A DNA stretch of 64,000 nucleotides from an uncultured Bacillota bacterium (GTDB lineage: Bacteria; Sysuimicrobiota; Sysuimicrobiia; Sysuimicrobiales; Segetimicrobiaceae). The DNA lies in NCBI GenBank assembly GCA_963804645.1, contig CAWDRG010000017.1, forward strand, positions 192,001-256,000, read 5' to 3'. The translations under genes and the position numbers were made by a program. Position 1 is the first letter of the stretch, and the number at the start of each line of letters is the position of its first letter. Of this stretch, positions 1 through 9,723 are shown in pieces. The notes under the pieces are model-generated. The model worked only from the letters and a program-made list of their open reading frames with translations, was not told the DNA's origin and did not search any database.

Positions 1-84
1 TCTGAGCCTACCACGACGGACCGCGGTTGAAAACGCGGAGGAGCGGCACCGCGCGCGGCGCCGCCCCTCCGGCACGTCCTTGCG

Positions 85-1158
85 CTAGCGCTTGCGGAGG
101 AACGCCGGGATGTCGAGATCCTCCAGCCCGAGCCGGGGCGCCTGTGCCTCCCGCGGCGCGACGGTCCCCTCCGCCGCCGGCTCGGCGGCGTCTTCGATGT
201 GGCGGGTGCCCTCGAACCCGGTCGCGATGACCGTGATCTGGATCTTCCCGTCGAGCGACTCGTCGAGCACCGCCCCGAAGATGATGTTCGCCTCCGGATC
301 GGCCGCCTGCTGCACGACCTGGGCCGCCTCGTTGATCTCGAGCATGCCGAGATCCATCCCGCCCGTGATGTTCATCAGCACGCCGCGCGCGCCCGCCATC
401 GACGTCTCGAGGAGCGGGCTCGCGATCGCGGCCTGCGCCGCGGCCACGGCCCGGCCCTCCCCGCTTGCCGACCCGATCCCGATCAGCGCGGAGCCGGCCT
501 CGGCCATGATCGTGCGCACGTCCGCGAAGTCCAGGTTGATGAGCCCGGGGACGGTGATGAGGTCCGCGATCCCCTGCACGCCCTGCCGCAGCACGTCGTC
601 CGCGACCCGGAACGCCTCCACAACGGTCGCCGTCTTGTCGACCACCGCCAGCAGCCGATCGTTCGGGATCGTGATCACGGTGTTCACCCGCTGCCGGAGA
701 TTGCGGATGCCCTCCTCGGCCGCGCCCGAGCGGCGCCGGCCCTCAAAGTTGAACGGGCGGGTGACCACCCCGATCGTCAGGGCGCCCAGTTCGCGCGCGA
801 CCTGCGCCACCACCGGTGCGCCCCCGGTCCCTGTCCCGCCGCCCATGCCGGCGGTCACGAACACCATGTCGGCGCCCTCCAGGGCCTCGGTCAGCTCCTC
901 GCGGTTCTCCTCCGTGGCCTGCCGGCCGATCTCGGGATCGCCGCCGGCGCCGAGTCCGCGCGTCAGCTTGCCGCCGACGTGAATCTTCTTGTCGGCGTTC
1001 GACAGCGCGAGGGCCTGCGCGTCCGTATTGATCGCGATGAACTCGACGCCGCGAAGACCGGCGGTGATCATCCGATTGACCGCGTTGCTGCCGCCGCCGC
1101 CGACCCCGACGACCTTGATCGCTGCATAGCGCAGGAGATCCCGCTCCACATTCGCCAT
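85..1158 (-). CDS. ftsZ: Cell division protein FtsZ
   Basis: [17 protein letters not shown], tubulin signature [15 protein letters not shown] and C-terminal [13 protein letters not shown] at 1158 is preceded by AGGAGGT; an alternative in-frame ATG lies at 1263. Confidence 0.99.
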   Translation of the reverse strand: MANVERDLLRYAAIKVVGVGGGGSNAVNRMITAGLRGVEFIAINTDAQALALSNADKKIHVGGKLTRGLGAGGDPEIGRQATEENREELTEALEGADMVFVTAGMGGGTGTGGAPVVAQVARELGALTIGVVTRPFNFEGRRRSGAAEEGIRNLRQRVNTVITIPNDRLLAVVDKTATVVEAFRVADDVLRQGVQGIADLITVPGLINLDFADVRTIMAEAGSALIGIGSASGEGRAVAAAQAAIASPLLETSMAGARGVLMNITGGMDLGMLEINEAAQVVQQAADPEANIIFGAVLDESLDGKIQITVIATGFEGTRHIEDAAEPAAEGTVAPREAQAPRLGLEDLDIPAFLRKR

Positions 1159-1390
1159 CCGCAAACCTCCTGAGACTTCGGGGGTTCCGCTGCCCCCCGG
1201 ACGTGTCTGACCGGGCCGTTCAGAGAGCAGCCGCTGTACCGGGTGCCACCGCTTCTGCGTCATTGATCCCTCTCCATTCGCTGCGAGTGATATCGTGCCG
1301 CGTGCGTCTCCATCCGCTGCTGCGTCCGTCTGGCGTCCCGTTTGCCCATCCTCACCTGCCGCGCCGCTTCTGACGGCGGTGCCGCGCGCC

Positions 1391-2632
1391 TCACGCGCCC
1401 AGCGCGAAGACGCGCAGCCACTGCCGCATCCGCCCGAACAGCGAGCCGGCCCCGTCCAGGCTGCGGCTCAGGCGCCCCGGCGACCGCTGGCGCGCGCCGT
1501 GCAGCACGAGCCCCACCCCGGTCGCGTACATCGGGCTGTCGACCGTGTGGCCCATCGTCCCCGCCACGTCGGGCACCCCGATGCGGGCGGGCATCTCGAG
1601 CTGCTCGGACGCCGCGTCGGCCATGCCCGCGAGCAGCGCCGTCCCGCCCGTCAGCACCACGCCCGCCGGAATAAGGTTGGCGTACCCCGACCGTTTGATC
1701 TGGGCCTTCACCATGCCCAGGATCTCGCTCAGGCGCGGCTCGATGATCTCCACGAGCGCGCGCCGCGGCCGCAGCTGCGCGTCGTGCGTGCCGATGCGGG
1801 GCACCTCGATCATCTCGCCGTCCGCGACCATCGACAGCATCGCGCACCCCTGCGAGATCTTGAGGCGCTCGGCCTCCGCGATCGGGGTGCGCAGCCCCAC
1901 CGCGATGTCGTTGGTGATATGGCTGCCGCCGACCGGCAGGATCGCCGTGTGGCACAGCCCGCCGCCGATGAAGATGCCGACGCTCGTGGTGCCGCCGCCG
2001 CTGTCGACGAGGGCCACGCCCAGGTCGCGCTCCGCCTGCGTCAGCACCGACTGGCCGGACGCGAGCGGCTCGAGCACGAGGTCCTCGACCTCCAGCCCGG
2101 CGCGCTGCACACACTTGAGAAGGTTGGCGAGCAGCGTCCCCGCGCCCGTGACGATGTGGGCGTCGACCTCGAGCCGGGACCCGTACATGCCGACCGGATT
2201 CTTGACGCCGTCCTGTCCGTCCACGACGAAGTCGCGCGGGATCAGGTGCACGATCTCCCGGTCGCTCGCCGGAATGGCCGTCATCCGCGCCGCCTCGACG
2301 ACCCGCGCGATGTCCTGCTCGGCGATCTCGTGATCGGCGCGGGACACCGCCACGACGCCGCGGCTGTTCTGCGAGGCCACGTGCTCACCGGAGACCGACA
2401 CGAACGCCGCGCCGACCTTGGTCCCGGCCATGCGCTCCGCGCGATCGACGGCTTCCCCGATCGCCCGAGTCGTCGCGTCGAGATCGACGACGACGCCTTT
2501 CCGGACACCCGTAGAAGGGGAGGTCCCCATCCCCTTGATGTGGACCTCCGCCTCGTCGTCCTGATCTGCGATGATGACACAGACCTTGGTGGTCCCCACG
2601 TCCAGCCCCACCAGCGGTCCCCTTCTCGCCAC
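1391..2632 (-). CDS. ftsA: Cell division protein FtsA
   Basis: [18 protein letters not shown] and VLTGG actin-fold motifs, C-terminal amphipathic helix ([12 protein letters not shown]), position before ftsZ. Confidence 0.98.
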   Translation of the reverse strand: MARRGPLVGLDVGTTKVCVIIADQDDEAEVHIKGMGTSPSTGVRKGVVVDLDATTRAIGEAVDRAERMAGTKVGAAFVSVSGEHVASQNSRGVVAVSRADHEIAEQDIARVVEAARMTAIPASDREIVHLIPRDFVVDGQDGVKNPVGMYGSRLEVDAHIVTGAGTLLANLLKCVQRAGLEVEDLVLEPLASGQSVLTQAERDLGVALVDSGGGTTSVGIFIGGGLCHTAILPVGGSHITNDIAVGLRTPIAEAERLKISQGCAMLSMVADGEMIEVPRIGTHDAQLRPRRALVEIIEPRLSEILGMVKAQIKRSGYANLIPAGVVLTGGTALLAGMADAASEQLEMPARIGVPDVAGTMGHTVDSPMYATGVGLVLHGARQRSPGRLSRSLDGAGSLFGRMRQWLRVFALGA

Positions 2633-2691
2633 TCAGACCCACCTCCGGCCAAGCGTCACCGGGTGACGAGAGACGGCCATTTCAACGATAT

Positions 2692-3609
2692 TCAACGATG
2701 CGGTGGGTTCTCCTGCCCCGGAGCCGCCGATGACGCGGTCGCGGGCACACTGCGCGTCGCGGCGGGCGTGCCGGTCGCGGCGGCGGCCGCTCCCACGGGC
2801 GTCGCGGGCGCGGCCGGCAGGACGATGATGTTGCCCGGCACGCGCAGATCGACGTAGCGGGCGCGAATGCCGCGGGCGCGCACGGCCGCCAGCACCCTCG
2901 GGGCGAGGGCCAGCCGCTCGTCGAGGCCGTCGGGGCCCCCCGCTTTGACCCAGGTGCCGTCCCGCGTCTCAAGGATCAGCTCGCCGGCCTCCACCCGCAC
3001 CGCCGTCACCTGGGACCGGAGCACCGGCGAGAGGCCCGCCGCCACCGCGGCCCCGAACCGGACGTCGTCCGAGGGCACGGCGGTGCCGAGCTGCAGCCAC
3101 GGCAGCGCGAGCGGCTGCACCTCGAGCCGGAGCCCGCGTCCGGGCGTCGCGGCGCGCGAGATCGCGACCCCGTCCCCCCCGATCTCCACATACCCGCCCG
3201 GCAGCACCAGCGCGGCGACGGGATCGCGCTCCCGGACCGACACCACGAGGGCGTGGGGAAACGACAGCGCGACGGCCGCGTCCGCCACGCGGGGGTCCTC
3301 CAGCAGCCGGCGGCGGATCTCGAAGGCGTTCACGCGGAAGGCACTGTCGCCCGGGCGCACGCCGAGCCGCTCGAGCGCCTCGCCGGTCGGCAGCGCGGCG
3401 TTGCCGCGCACCGAGACCGACGTCAGGGCGAACGCCGAGGAGCTGGGCAGCGAGGCGACGGCGCACAGGGCGCAGATCGCCGCGAGAAACCGTCCGAGCC
3501 GGTCGAAGCGGGCCCAGTCCGCCGACCGGGCCGGCGACCGGTCGACCGGCCGATCGACGACGGCGGTCCGCCGGGGCGGCTTGGGCATCGCGGTCGCCCG
3601 CCGCCTCAT
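2692..3609 (-). CDS. ftsQ: Cell division protein FtsQ/DivIB (POTRA domain)
   Basis: One TM segment, VSVRGN...FPHALVVSVRERDPVA POTRA signature, YVDLRVP. ATGA overlap with the murB stop; dcw position. Confidence 0.9.
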   Translation of the reverse strand: MRRRATAMPKPPRRTAVVDRPVDRSPARSADWARFDRLGRFLAAICALCAVASLPSSSAFALTSVSVRGNAALPTGEALERLGVRPGDSAFRVNAFEIRRRLLEDPRVADAAVALSFPHALVVSVRERDPVAALVLPGGYVEIGGDGVAISRAATPGRGLRLEVQPLALPWLQLGTAVPSDDVRFGAAVAAGLSPVLRSQVTAVRVEAGELILETRDGTWVKAGGPDGLDERLALAPRVLAAVRARGIRARYVDLRVPGNIIVLPAAPATPVGAAAAATGTPAATRSVPATASSAAPGQENPPHR

Positions 3610-4526
3610 GCCGGATCGAACTCCCCGATCAGCTTCACCTCGGTCGCGAGCTCGATCCCAGACCGCGTGCGTACCTGCTCGCGCACCTTCCCGATCAGGG
3701 CCAGCACCTCGGCGGCGCTGGCGCCGCCCACGTTGAGGATATAGTTGGCGTGGCGGTCGCTCACGACCGCGCCCCCGACGCTCAGGCCCTTCCCGCCGGC
3801 CTGGTCGATCAGCCGGCCGGCGTGGTCGCCCGGCGGGTTGCGGAACACGCAGCCCGAGCTCGGGGGGCCGAGCGGCTGGGTGTCGCTCCGGTGGCGCAGC
3901 CAGTCCTCCAGGCGCGCCACGGTGACGGCCGGGTCCTCCGGAACGAGCACGAACTCGGCCTCGAGGACCACCACATCCGCGTGCTGCAGCTCGCTTTCCC
4001 GGTAGCCGTACGCCAGGCGGCGCGACGACCACACGGCTTCCCCCGCCGCCCCGACGACCCGGACGCTCTGCACCACGTCGGCCGTGGAGCGGCCGTGCGC
4101 GCCCGCGTTCATCACGACCGCGCCCCCGACGGACCCCGGCACGCCGCCGGCGAACTCCAATCCGGACAACCCCCGCACCGACGCCTGACGGGCGAGATAC
4201 GGCATGCTCACGCCGCACTCCGCGACGACCCGCGGGCTGTCGAAGCGCAGGCCTTCCTGGCCGCGCCCCGTTTTCACCACGACGCCGCGCACGCCCCGGT
4301 CGGCGATCAGCACGTTGCTGCCGCGGCCGAGCACGATAAACCGCTCGCCTTCCGCGGCGAGCCAGCGGACGACCCTGGCGAGATCGTCGAGGGTGCGCGG
4401 CAGCACGAGGACATCGGCGGGCCCGCCGATGCGGAACGTCACATGGCGCGCGAGCGGCTCGTCGCGCCGGACCTGGCCCGGCGCGAGGCGCTCCAGCGCG
4501 GCCGCCAGCGCCTCGGGGCTAGCCAC
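3606..4526 (-). CDS. murB: UDP-N-acetylmuramate dehydrogenase MurB
   Basis: TFRIGGPAD, GRGSNVL, GVPGSVGGAVVMNAGAHG, SSGCVFRNP, HANYILN. Confidence 0.98.
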   Translation of the reverse strand: MASPEALAAALERLAPGQVRRDEPLARHVTFRIGGPADVLVLPRTLDDLARVVRWLAAEGERFIVLGRGSNVLIADRGVRGVVVKTGRGQEGLRFDSPRVVAECGVSMPYLARQASVRGLSGLEFAGGVPGSVGGAVVMNAGAHGRSTADVVQSVRVVGAAGEAVWSSRRLAYGYRESELQHADVVVLEAEFVLVPEDPAVTVARLEDWLRHRSDTQPLGPPSSGCVFRNPPGDHAGRLIDQAGGKGLSVGGAVVSDRHANYILNVGGASAAEVLALIGKVREQVRTRSGIELATEVKLIGEFDPA

Positions 4527-5931
4527 CCGCGCCCTCCCGGGCGCGCGGCCGCTCCGCCGCGCGGCGCCGCAGGCGTACGACGAGCTCGTCCGCGACCTTC
4601 CAGATATCGCCCGCGCCGATCGTCAGCACGAGGTCGCCCGCCCGCACGTGCTCCTCGAGGATCGACGCGACGTCGCCGGCATCCTCGACGAACCGCACGG
4701 GGCGCCGCGCGCCGATCGCGCGCATCACGATGCCCGCGTCCACGCCCGGGATCGGCGGCTCGTCGGCACCGTAAATCTCGGTGACGATCACCTCGTCCGC
4801 GGAGCCGAACACCGTCCCGAACTGCTCCCCGACGGTGCGCGTGCGCGTGTACCGGTGGGGCTGGAACACCGCGATGATGCGGGCGTCGGGCCAGCACTGG
4901 CGCGCGCCCTGCAGCAGCGCGGCGACCTTCGTCGGGTTGTGCGCGTAGTCGTCGACGACGAGCACCCCCGAGACGTCCCCGCGCACCGTGAACCGGCGCT
5001 GCACCCCGCGGAACGCCCCGAGCGCCGCGGCGCATACGGCAAACGGAATGTCGAGCTCGACCCCGACCGCGATGGCCCCGAGCGCATTCTGCACGTTGTA
5101 GCGGCCCGGCACCCCGAGCGTGACCGTCCCGAGGAGCAGCCCCGCCCGGCGCACCTCGAACACCGACCGGCGCCCGGCCATCTCCACCACCCGCGCGGTG
5201 TACGTGGCCCCGGGCTCGAGACCGTAGGTCACGACCCGCGCCCGCGCGGCCTGGGCGAGCGTCCGCCCGAGCGGCGCGTCCGCGCAGATCACCGCGAACC
5301 CGTCCGACGGGAGCCCGTCGAGAAACATCCGGAACGTGTCGATCAGGCGCGCTTCCGATCCGTAGAAGTCGAGGTGATCGGTGGCATCGACGCTCGTGAC
5401 CACCGCGATGCGGGGCGAGATCCACAAGAGCGACCCGTCGCTCTCGTCGACTTCCGCGACCAGCTCCGGGCCGGCGCCCGCGCGGGCGTTGCCGCCGAAG
5501 TCCTCCACCTCGCCGCCGATCAGGACGGTCGGATCGCGCTCGGCCGCGTCGAGGATAATCGCCGTCATCGAGGTGGTCGTCGTCTTCCCGTGCGTGCCGG
5601 CGACGGCGACGCCGCGGGATCCCTCCATGAGGGCGGCCAGCATCTGGGCGCGGTGCATGATCGGGAGCCCGAGCGCGAGCGCCGCCTGAATCTCGACGTT
5701 CTCCTCGGGGACCGCGCGGCTGATGACGACGACCTGCACGCCGGCCAGGTGCTCCGCCGCGTGCCCGATCTGAATCCGCGCCCCCGCGGCCCGCAGTCGG
5801 CGCGTCGCGTCACTCTCGCGCAGGTCGGAGCCGGACACCGGGTAGCCGCGCGCGAGCAGCACCGAGGCGATCGCGCTCATGCCGGCGCCGCCGATCCCGA
5901 CGAAGTGCACGCGGGTGCCCGGCGCGATCAC
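4519..5931 (-). CDS. murC: UDP-N-acetylmuramate--L-alanine ligase MurC
   Basis: HFVGIGGAGMSAIA, AGTHGKTTT, EVDESDGS, DDYAHNP, FQPHRYTRT. GTG start overlaps the murG stop. Confidence 0.98.
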   Translation of the reverse strand: MIAPGTRVHFVGIGGAGMSAIASVLLARGYPVSGSDLRESDATRRLRAAGARIQIGHAAEHLAGVQVVVISRAVPEENVEIQAALALGLPIMHRAQMLAALMEGSRGVAVAGTHGKTTTTSMTAIILDAAERDPTVLIGGEVEDFGGNARAGAGPELVAEVDESDGSLLWISPRIAVVTSVDATDHLDFYGSEARLIDTFRMFLDGLPSDGFAVICADAPLGRTLAQAARARVVTYGLEPGATYTARVVEMAGRRSVFEVRRAGLLLGTVTLGVPGRYNVQNALGAIAVGVELDIPFAVCAAALGAFRGVQRRFTVRGDVSGVLVVDDYAHNPTKVAALLQGARQCWPDARIIAVFQPHRYTRTRTVGEQFGTVFGSADEVIVTEIYGADEPPIPGVDAGIVMRAIGARRPVRFVEDAGDVASILEEHVRAGDLVLTIGAGDIWKVADELVVRLRRRAAERPRAREGAGG

Positions 5932-7049
5932 TCGGACGCCTCCGCCGCGATCTCGGGCCGCGCCACGCTCTCGACGAGCGCGAGCACGCGGTCCGCGGCG
6001 TCGCGCTGTCCGAGCCCGCGCGCGCGCGCCGCCATTTCCTCGAGCCGGCCCGGCCGGTCGAGCAGCGAGGCGACCGCCCGCGCGAGCGACTCGCCGTCGA
6101 GGCCGGACTCCGGCAGCAGCACGGCGGCGTTCGCCGCCACGAGCGGCTTGGCGTTCCACGCCTGGTGATCTTCGACGGCGTACCGGTAGGGCACGAGGAT
6201 CGAGGGCAGGCCGACGGCCGTGATCTCCGCGAGCGATGTGGCGCCGCACCGGCTGAGGACGAGATCCGCGCACGCGTACGCATCGCCGATGTGATGGACG
6301 TACGACGCGCGGACGTACAGCACGCCGCCCACCTGGCGGCGCTCGTCGCGGCCCCGGGCCACCGACCACCCGCCGCCCACCACGTGCAGGACTTGAAGAT
6401 CCTGCCGCCGCGCAAGGCGTGCGACGGCGTCCTCGACCGCGGCGTTCAGGCGCGCCGCGCCCTGGCTGCCGCCGAGCACGAGCAGTGTGCGCCGGGCGGG
6501 ATCCAGGCCGAACACGTCGAGGCCGTCCCGCCGCGGGGTCGAGTAGATCTCCTCGCGGACCGGCAGCCCCGTCACCACCACATCGCGGGCCCCGGTGTAG
6601 GGGGCGGTGCCTCCCCGCGCGACCGCCATCGCGCGGCTCCAGCGGGCGAGCACGCGGCTGACGCGTCCCGGCAGCATGTTGCCCTCGATCACCACCACCG
6701 GCACGCGGAGCGCCACGCCGGCGGCGACCACCGGGATCGACGCGATCCCGCCGGTGGCGACGATCGCGCTCGGCCGGAACCGCCGGAGGATCGGGAGGGC
6801 CTGCGCGACGCTGGCCGCGGCCGTCGCCACCGCGATCGCCGCACGGATCGGCGACCGGTCGCGGGGCGCGCGGACCACGAGCCCGACGAACGGCATGCCG
6901 GATTCGGGCACCAAGCGGGCTTCCATCCCGGTGGCGCTGCCCGCGAACAGCACGCGCGACTCGGGGTCCCGGCGCTTCAGGCACTCGGCGATCGCCAGCG
7001 CGGGGTACACGTGGCCGCCGGTCCCGCCCCCTCCGAACAGCAGGTTCAT
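5928..7049 (-). CDS. murG: Lipid II N-acetylglucosaminyltransferase MurG
   Basis: GGGGTGGHVYP, GGSQGA, SRCGATSLAE, HQAWNA motifs. Confidence 0.97.
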   Translation of the reverse strand: MNLLFGGGGTGGHVYPALAIAECLKRRDPESRVLFAGSATGMEARLVPESGMPFVGLVVRAPRDRSPIRAAIAVATAAASVAQALPILRRFRPSAIVATGGIASIPVVAAGVALRVPVVVIEGNMLPGRVSRVLARWSRAMAVARGGTAPYTGARDVVVTGLPVREEIYSTPRRDGLDVFGLDPARRTLLVLGGSQGAARLNAAVEDAVARLARRQDLQVLHVVGGGWSVARGRDERRQVGGVLYVRASYVHHIGDAYACADLVLSRCGATSLAEITAVGLPSILVPYRYAVEDHQAWNAKPLVAANAAVLLPESGLDGESLARAVASLLDRPGRLEEMAARARGLGQRDAADRVLALVESVARPEIAAEASE

Positions 7050-8224
7050 CCGCCCGCCCACGCGGACCGGCGCCGCGGCCCGCCCGGCCGGGCTGGGGCG
7101 CGGGCCACGGCGGGCTCCTCCTCGTAGGCGTACTGCGACACGTTCAGGATGATGCCGACCGCGATGTAGCTCAGCACCAGCGACGAGCCGCCGAAGCTGA
7201 TGAACGGCAGCGGGACCCCCGTGATCGGGAGCGACCCCGAGACGACGCCGATGTTCAGCACCGCCTGCCCCACGAGCATCGTCGTCAAGCCCGAGACGAG
7301 CAGCGCGGCGTAGCGGTTGGGAGCGCGGGAGGCGATCCGGTAGCCCCACACCGCCAGCAGCAGGAACAGCAGAATCACAAACGCGGTCCCGAGCAGGCCG
7401 AGCTCCTCTCCGATGATCGAGAAGATGAAATCGGTGTGGCGCTCGGGCAGGTAGAAGAACTTCTGCCGGCTGTGGCCCAGCCCGAGGCCGAGGATCCCGC
7501 CCGAGCCGAGGGCCAGCAGCGACTGGATGATGTGGAACCCCGTCCCCTGCGGATCCTTCCAGGGATCGAGGAACGCGAGGAGCCGGTGCGCGCGGTACCC
7601 GGCGTGCAGAATGGTCAGCAGCACGACCGGCACGGCGGCCGCGCCCATCAGGAACAGGTGCAACAGGTTCACGCCTCCGACGAACAGCAGCGCGAACGTG
7701 ATGAGCGCCAGGATCAGCGCCGAGCCGAGATCCGGCTGCTTGACCACGGGGAGCGCGAACAGCGCGAGCACGATCAGCGGCGGCACGACGCCCGCGCCGA
7801 ACTCCCGCACGCGCGGCCCCCGGTTGGCGAGGAAGTTCGCGAGATACAGGATCATCGTGAGCTTGGCCAGCTCGGCCGGCTGAAAGTTCAAGGGTCCGCC
7901 GAACGACAGCCAGCGGCGCGCCCCGCCCGCCTCCCGGCCGATGTGCGGGACGAGCACCAGGACGAGTGTCAGCAGCGTCAGGCCGAGCAGCGGCAGCGTC
8001 AGCGCGCGCAGCTTGTCGTAGTGGAGCCGCCACGCCACCGACATCGCGACGAGCCCGAGGACCGTGTACAGGAGCTGGCGCTTGAGGAACCAGGCGCTGT
8101 CGTGGTACTGCGCCTGCGCGACCACCGCGCTCGCGCTGTACACCATGACGACGCCGACGCAGCTCAGGAGCAGCACCGTCACAAACAGGCCCCACGCCGG
8201 GCCGCGCCGGTGGATCAGCTCCAC
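7046..8224 (-). CDS. ftsW: SEDS peptidoglycan polymerase FtsW
   Basis: MVYSAS, GARRW, FQPAELAK, QPDLGS, LPERHTDFIF, GVPLPFISFGGSS; multi-TM. Confidence 0.97.
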   Translation of the reverse strand: MELIHRRGPAWGLFVTVLLLSCVGVVMVYSASAVVAQAQYHDSAWFLKRQLLYTVLGLVAMSVAWRLHYDKLRALTLPLLGLTLLTLVLVLVPHIGREAGGARRWLSFGGPLNFQPAELAKLTMILYLANFLANRGPRVREFGAGVVPPLIVLALFALPVVKQPDLGSALILALITFALLFVGGVNLLHLFLMGAAAVPVVLLTILHAGYRAHRLLAFLDPWKDPQGTGFHIIQSLLALGSGGILGLGLGHSRQKFFYLPERHTDFIFSIIGEELGLLGTAFVILLFLLLAVWGYRIASRAPNRYAALLVSGLTTMLVGQAVLNIGVVSGSLPITGVPLPFISFGGSSLVLSYIAVGIILNVSQYAYEEEPAVARAPARPGGPRRRSAWAGG

Positions 8225-9723
8225 GGCCGGTCGCCTCCGGATCGCGGGCCCACGGGGTCCTGCGGCGCCGGGCCGTCGGCGAGCGCCTGCACGAGCTCGC
8301 AGAACCGGTCGCCCCGGTGCCGGTAGTCGCGGAACTGGTCGAAGCTCTCGCACCCCGGCGAGAGGGTGACCACGTCCCCGGACCGGGCGCGCTCGCGCGC
8401 CGCGGCGACCGCGTCGTCGAGCGTCGCGCGCCGCACGACCGGGATGTCGCCGCCCCAGGCATGGATCGCGTCCTCGATGCGCTCCGCCATCGTGCCGAAC
8501 ACGACGACCGCGCGCACGGCCCGGCCGCGCAGCGCGTCGGCGATCGGGCGGAAGTCTTCCGCGGTAGCTCCGGGCCGGTGTCCGCCGGCGAGCAGCACCA
8601 GCGGCCGGTCGAACGCGCGCACCGCGGCTGCAGCGGCCGCCGGGTTGGTCGCGAGGGAGTCCTCATAGTAGCGCACGCCGGCGGCCTCGCCGACGAGCCG
8701 GAGGCGGTACGGCAGCCCGCGGTACCGCCGCAGCACCGCGGCGATCGCGGACGGCGCCGCGCCGGCCACGCGGGCGGCGAGCGCCGCGGCGAGCGCGTTC
8801 TCGAGGGCGTGGGCCCCCGGGGCCTGCAGCGCCGCCTCGCAGATGCGCTCCTCGCGCCCGTCGAGGCGGAGGGTGATGTCGCCGTCCACGACGCACGCGC
8901 CCTCATCCAGCGGCTCGAGCCGGCTCCAGAACAGCGTGCGGGCGGGCGCGTCCGCCGCGAGCGCCCGCGTCCCGGGATCGTCGTAGTTGAGGAGGGCCAG
9001 CTGATCCGGCGTCTGGTGGCGGAGAATGCCGCGCTTCGTCTCCACGTACGCCTCGAACGACCCGTGATCGTCGAGGTGGTGCCGGGCGAGGTTGGTGACG
9101 ACCGCGATCGCCGGGCTGTACGGGAGGCCCACGAGCTGCCGGTTGCTGATCTCGAGGACCAGGATCGCGTCCGGGGTCACCTCGTCGAGCCGGTACAGGA
9201 TCGGCACGTGCGTGCGGTCGTTGCCGCTCTCAAACGTGCGCCGGCCGCTCTCCTTGAGCATCGCGCCGGCGAGGTGCACCACGGTGAACTTCCCGTTGGT
9301 TCCGGTGACGCCGAGAATGGGACACGGCACGGTCTCGAAAAACAGCGCGGTCATGCTGCTGAGGGGTACGCCCAGGTCCCGGGCGCGACGGATCGGCGCG
9401 TTCTCCGGATGGCGGAACCACGCCTGGGTCGTGTAGATCACCTCGGCGGCCTCGATCCCCTCGAGGTAGCGGTCGCGGAACCGCAGCGCGATCGGCGCCG
9501 CGAGCAGCCGGGCGAGCGCCGCGTCCCGCTCCTCGGGCGCCATCCACGCGTGCGCGCGGCGAAACGCGTCCGGAAACGTCTCGCGGGTCTGCAGATCGTG
9601 GGCCGTGATCGCCGTGAGGCCCGCGCGCAGCAAGAAGTCCACGATGGTCGACCCCTCCGTGCCCGACAGCCCGACGACGTGGATCGCCCGGCCGCGGAGA
9701 CGCCGCAGGACGTCCGCGATCAC
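8215..9723 (-). CDS. murD: MurD-family Mur ligase (UDP-MurNAc-L-Ala--Glu ligase), motif-divergent
   Basis: Occupies the murD slot between mraY and ftsW. Has GVTGTNGK, DSxATN and LSPGCESFDQF..Y..RG, but several canonical residues are substituted (see findings). Confidence 0.85.
   Translation of the reverse strand: MIADVLRRLRGRAIHVVGLSGTEGSTIVDFLLRAGLTAITAHDLQTRETFPDAFRRAHAWMAPEERDAALARLLAAPIALRFRDRYLEGIEAAEVIYTTQAWFRHPENAPIRRARDLGVPLSSMTALFFETVPCPILGVTGTNGKFTVVHLAGAMLKESGRRTFESGNDRTHVPILYRLDEVTPDAILVLEISNRQLVGLPYSPAIAVVTNLARHHLDDHGSFEAYVETKRGILRHQTPDQLALLNYDDPGTRALAADAPARTLFWSRLEPLDEGACVVDGDITLRLDGREERICEAALQAPGAHALENALAAALAARVAGAAPSAIAAVLRRYRGLPYRLRLVGEAAGVRYYEDSLATNPAAAAAAVRAFDRPLVLLAGGHRPGATAEDFRPIADALRGRAVRAVVVFGTMAERIEDAIHAWGGDIPVVRRATLDDAVAAARERARSGDVVTLSPGCESFDQFRDYRHRGDRFCELVQALADGPAPQDPVGPRSGGDRPWS

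Noticed and set aside
2692..4526. Absence of ddl from the dcw cluster as a novelty
   Set aside because: ddl is often located outside dcw in many lineages; not informative without the rest of the genome.
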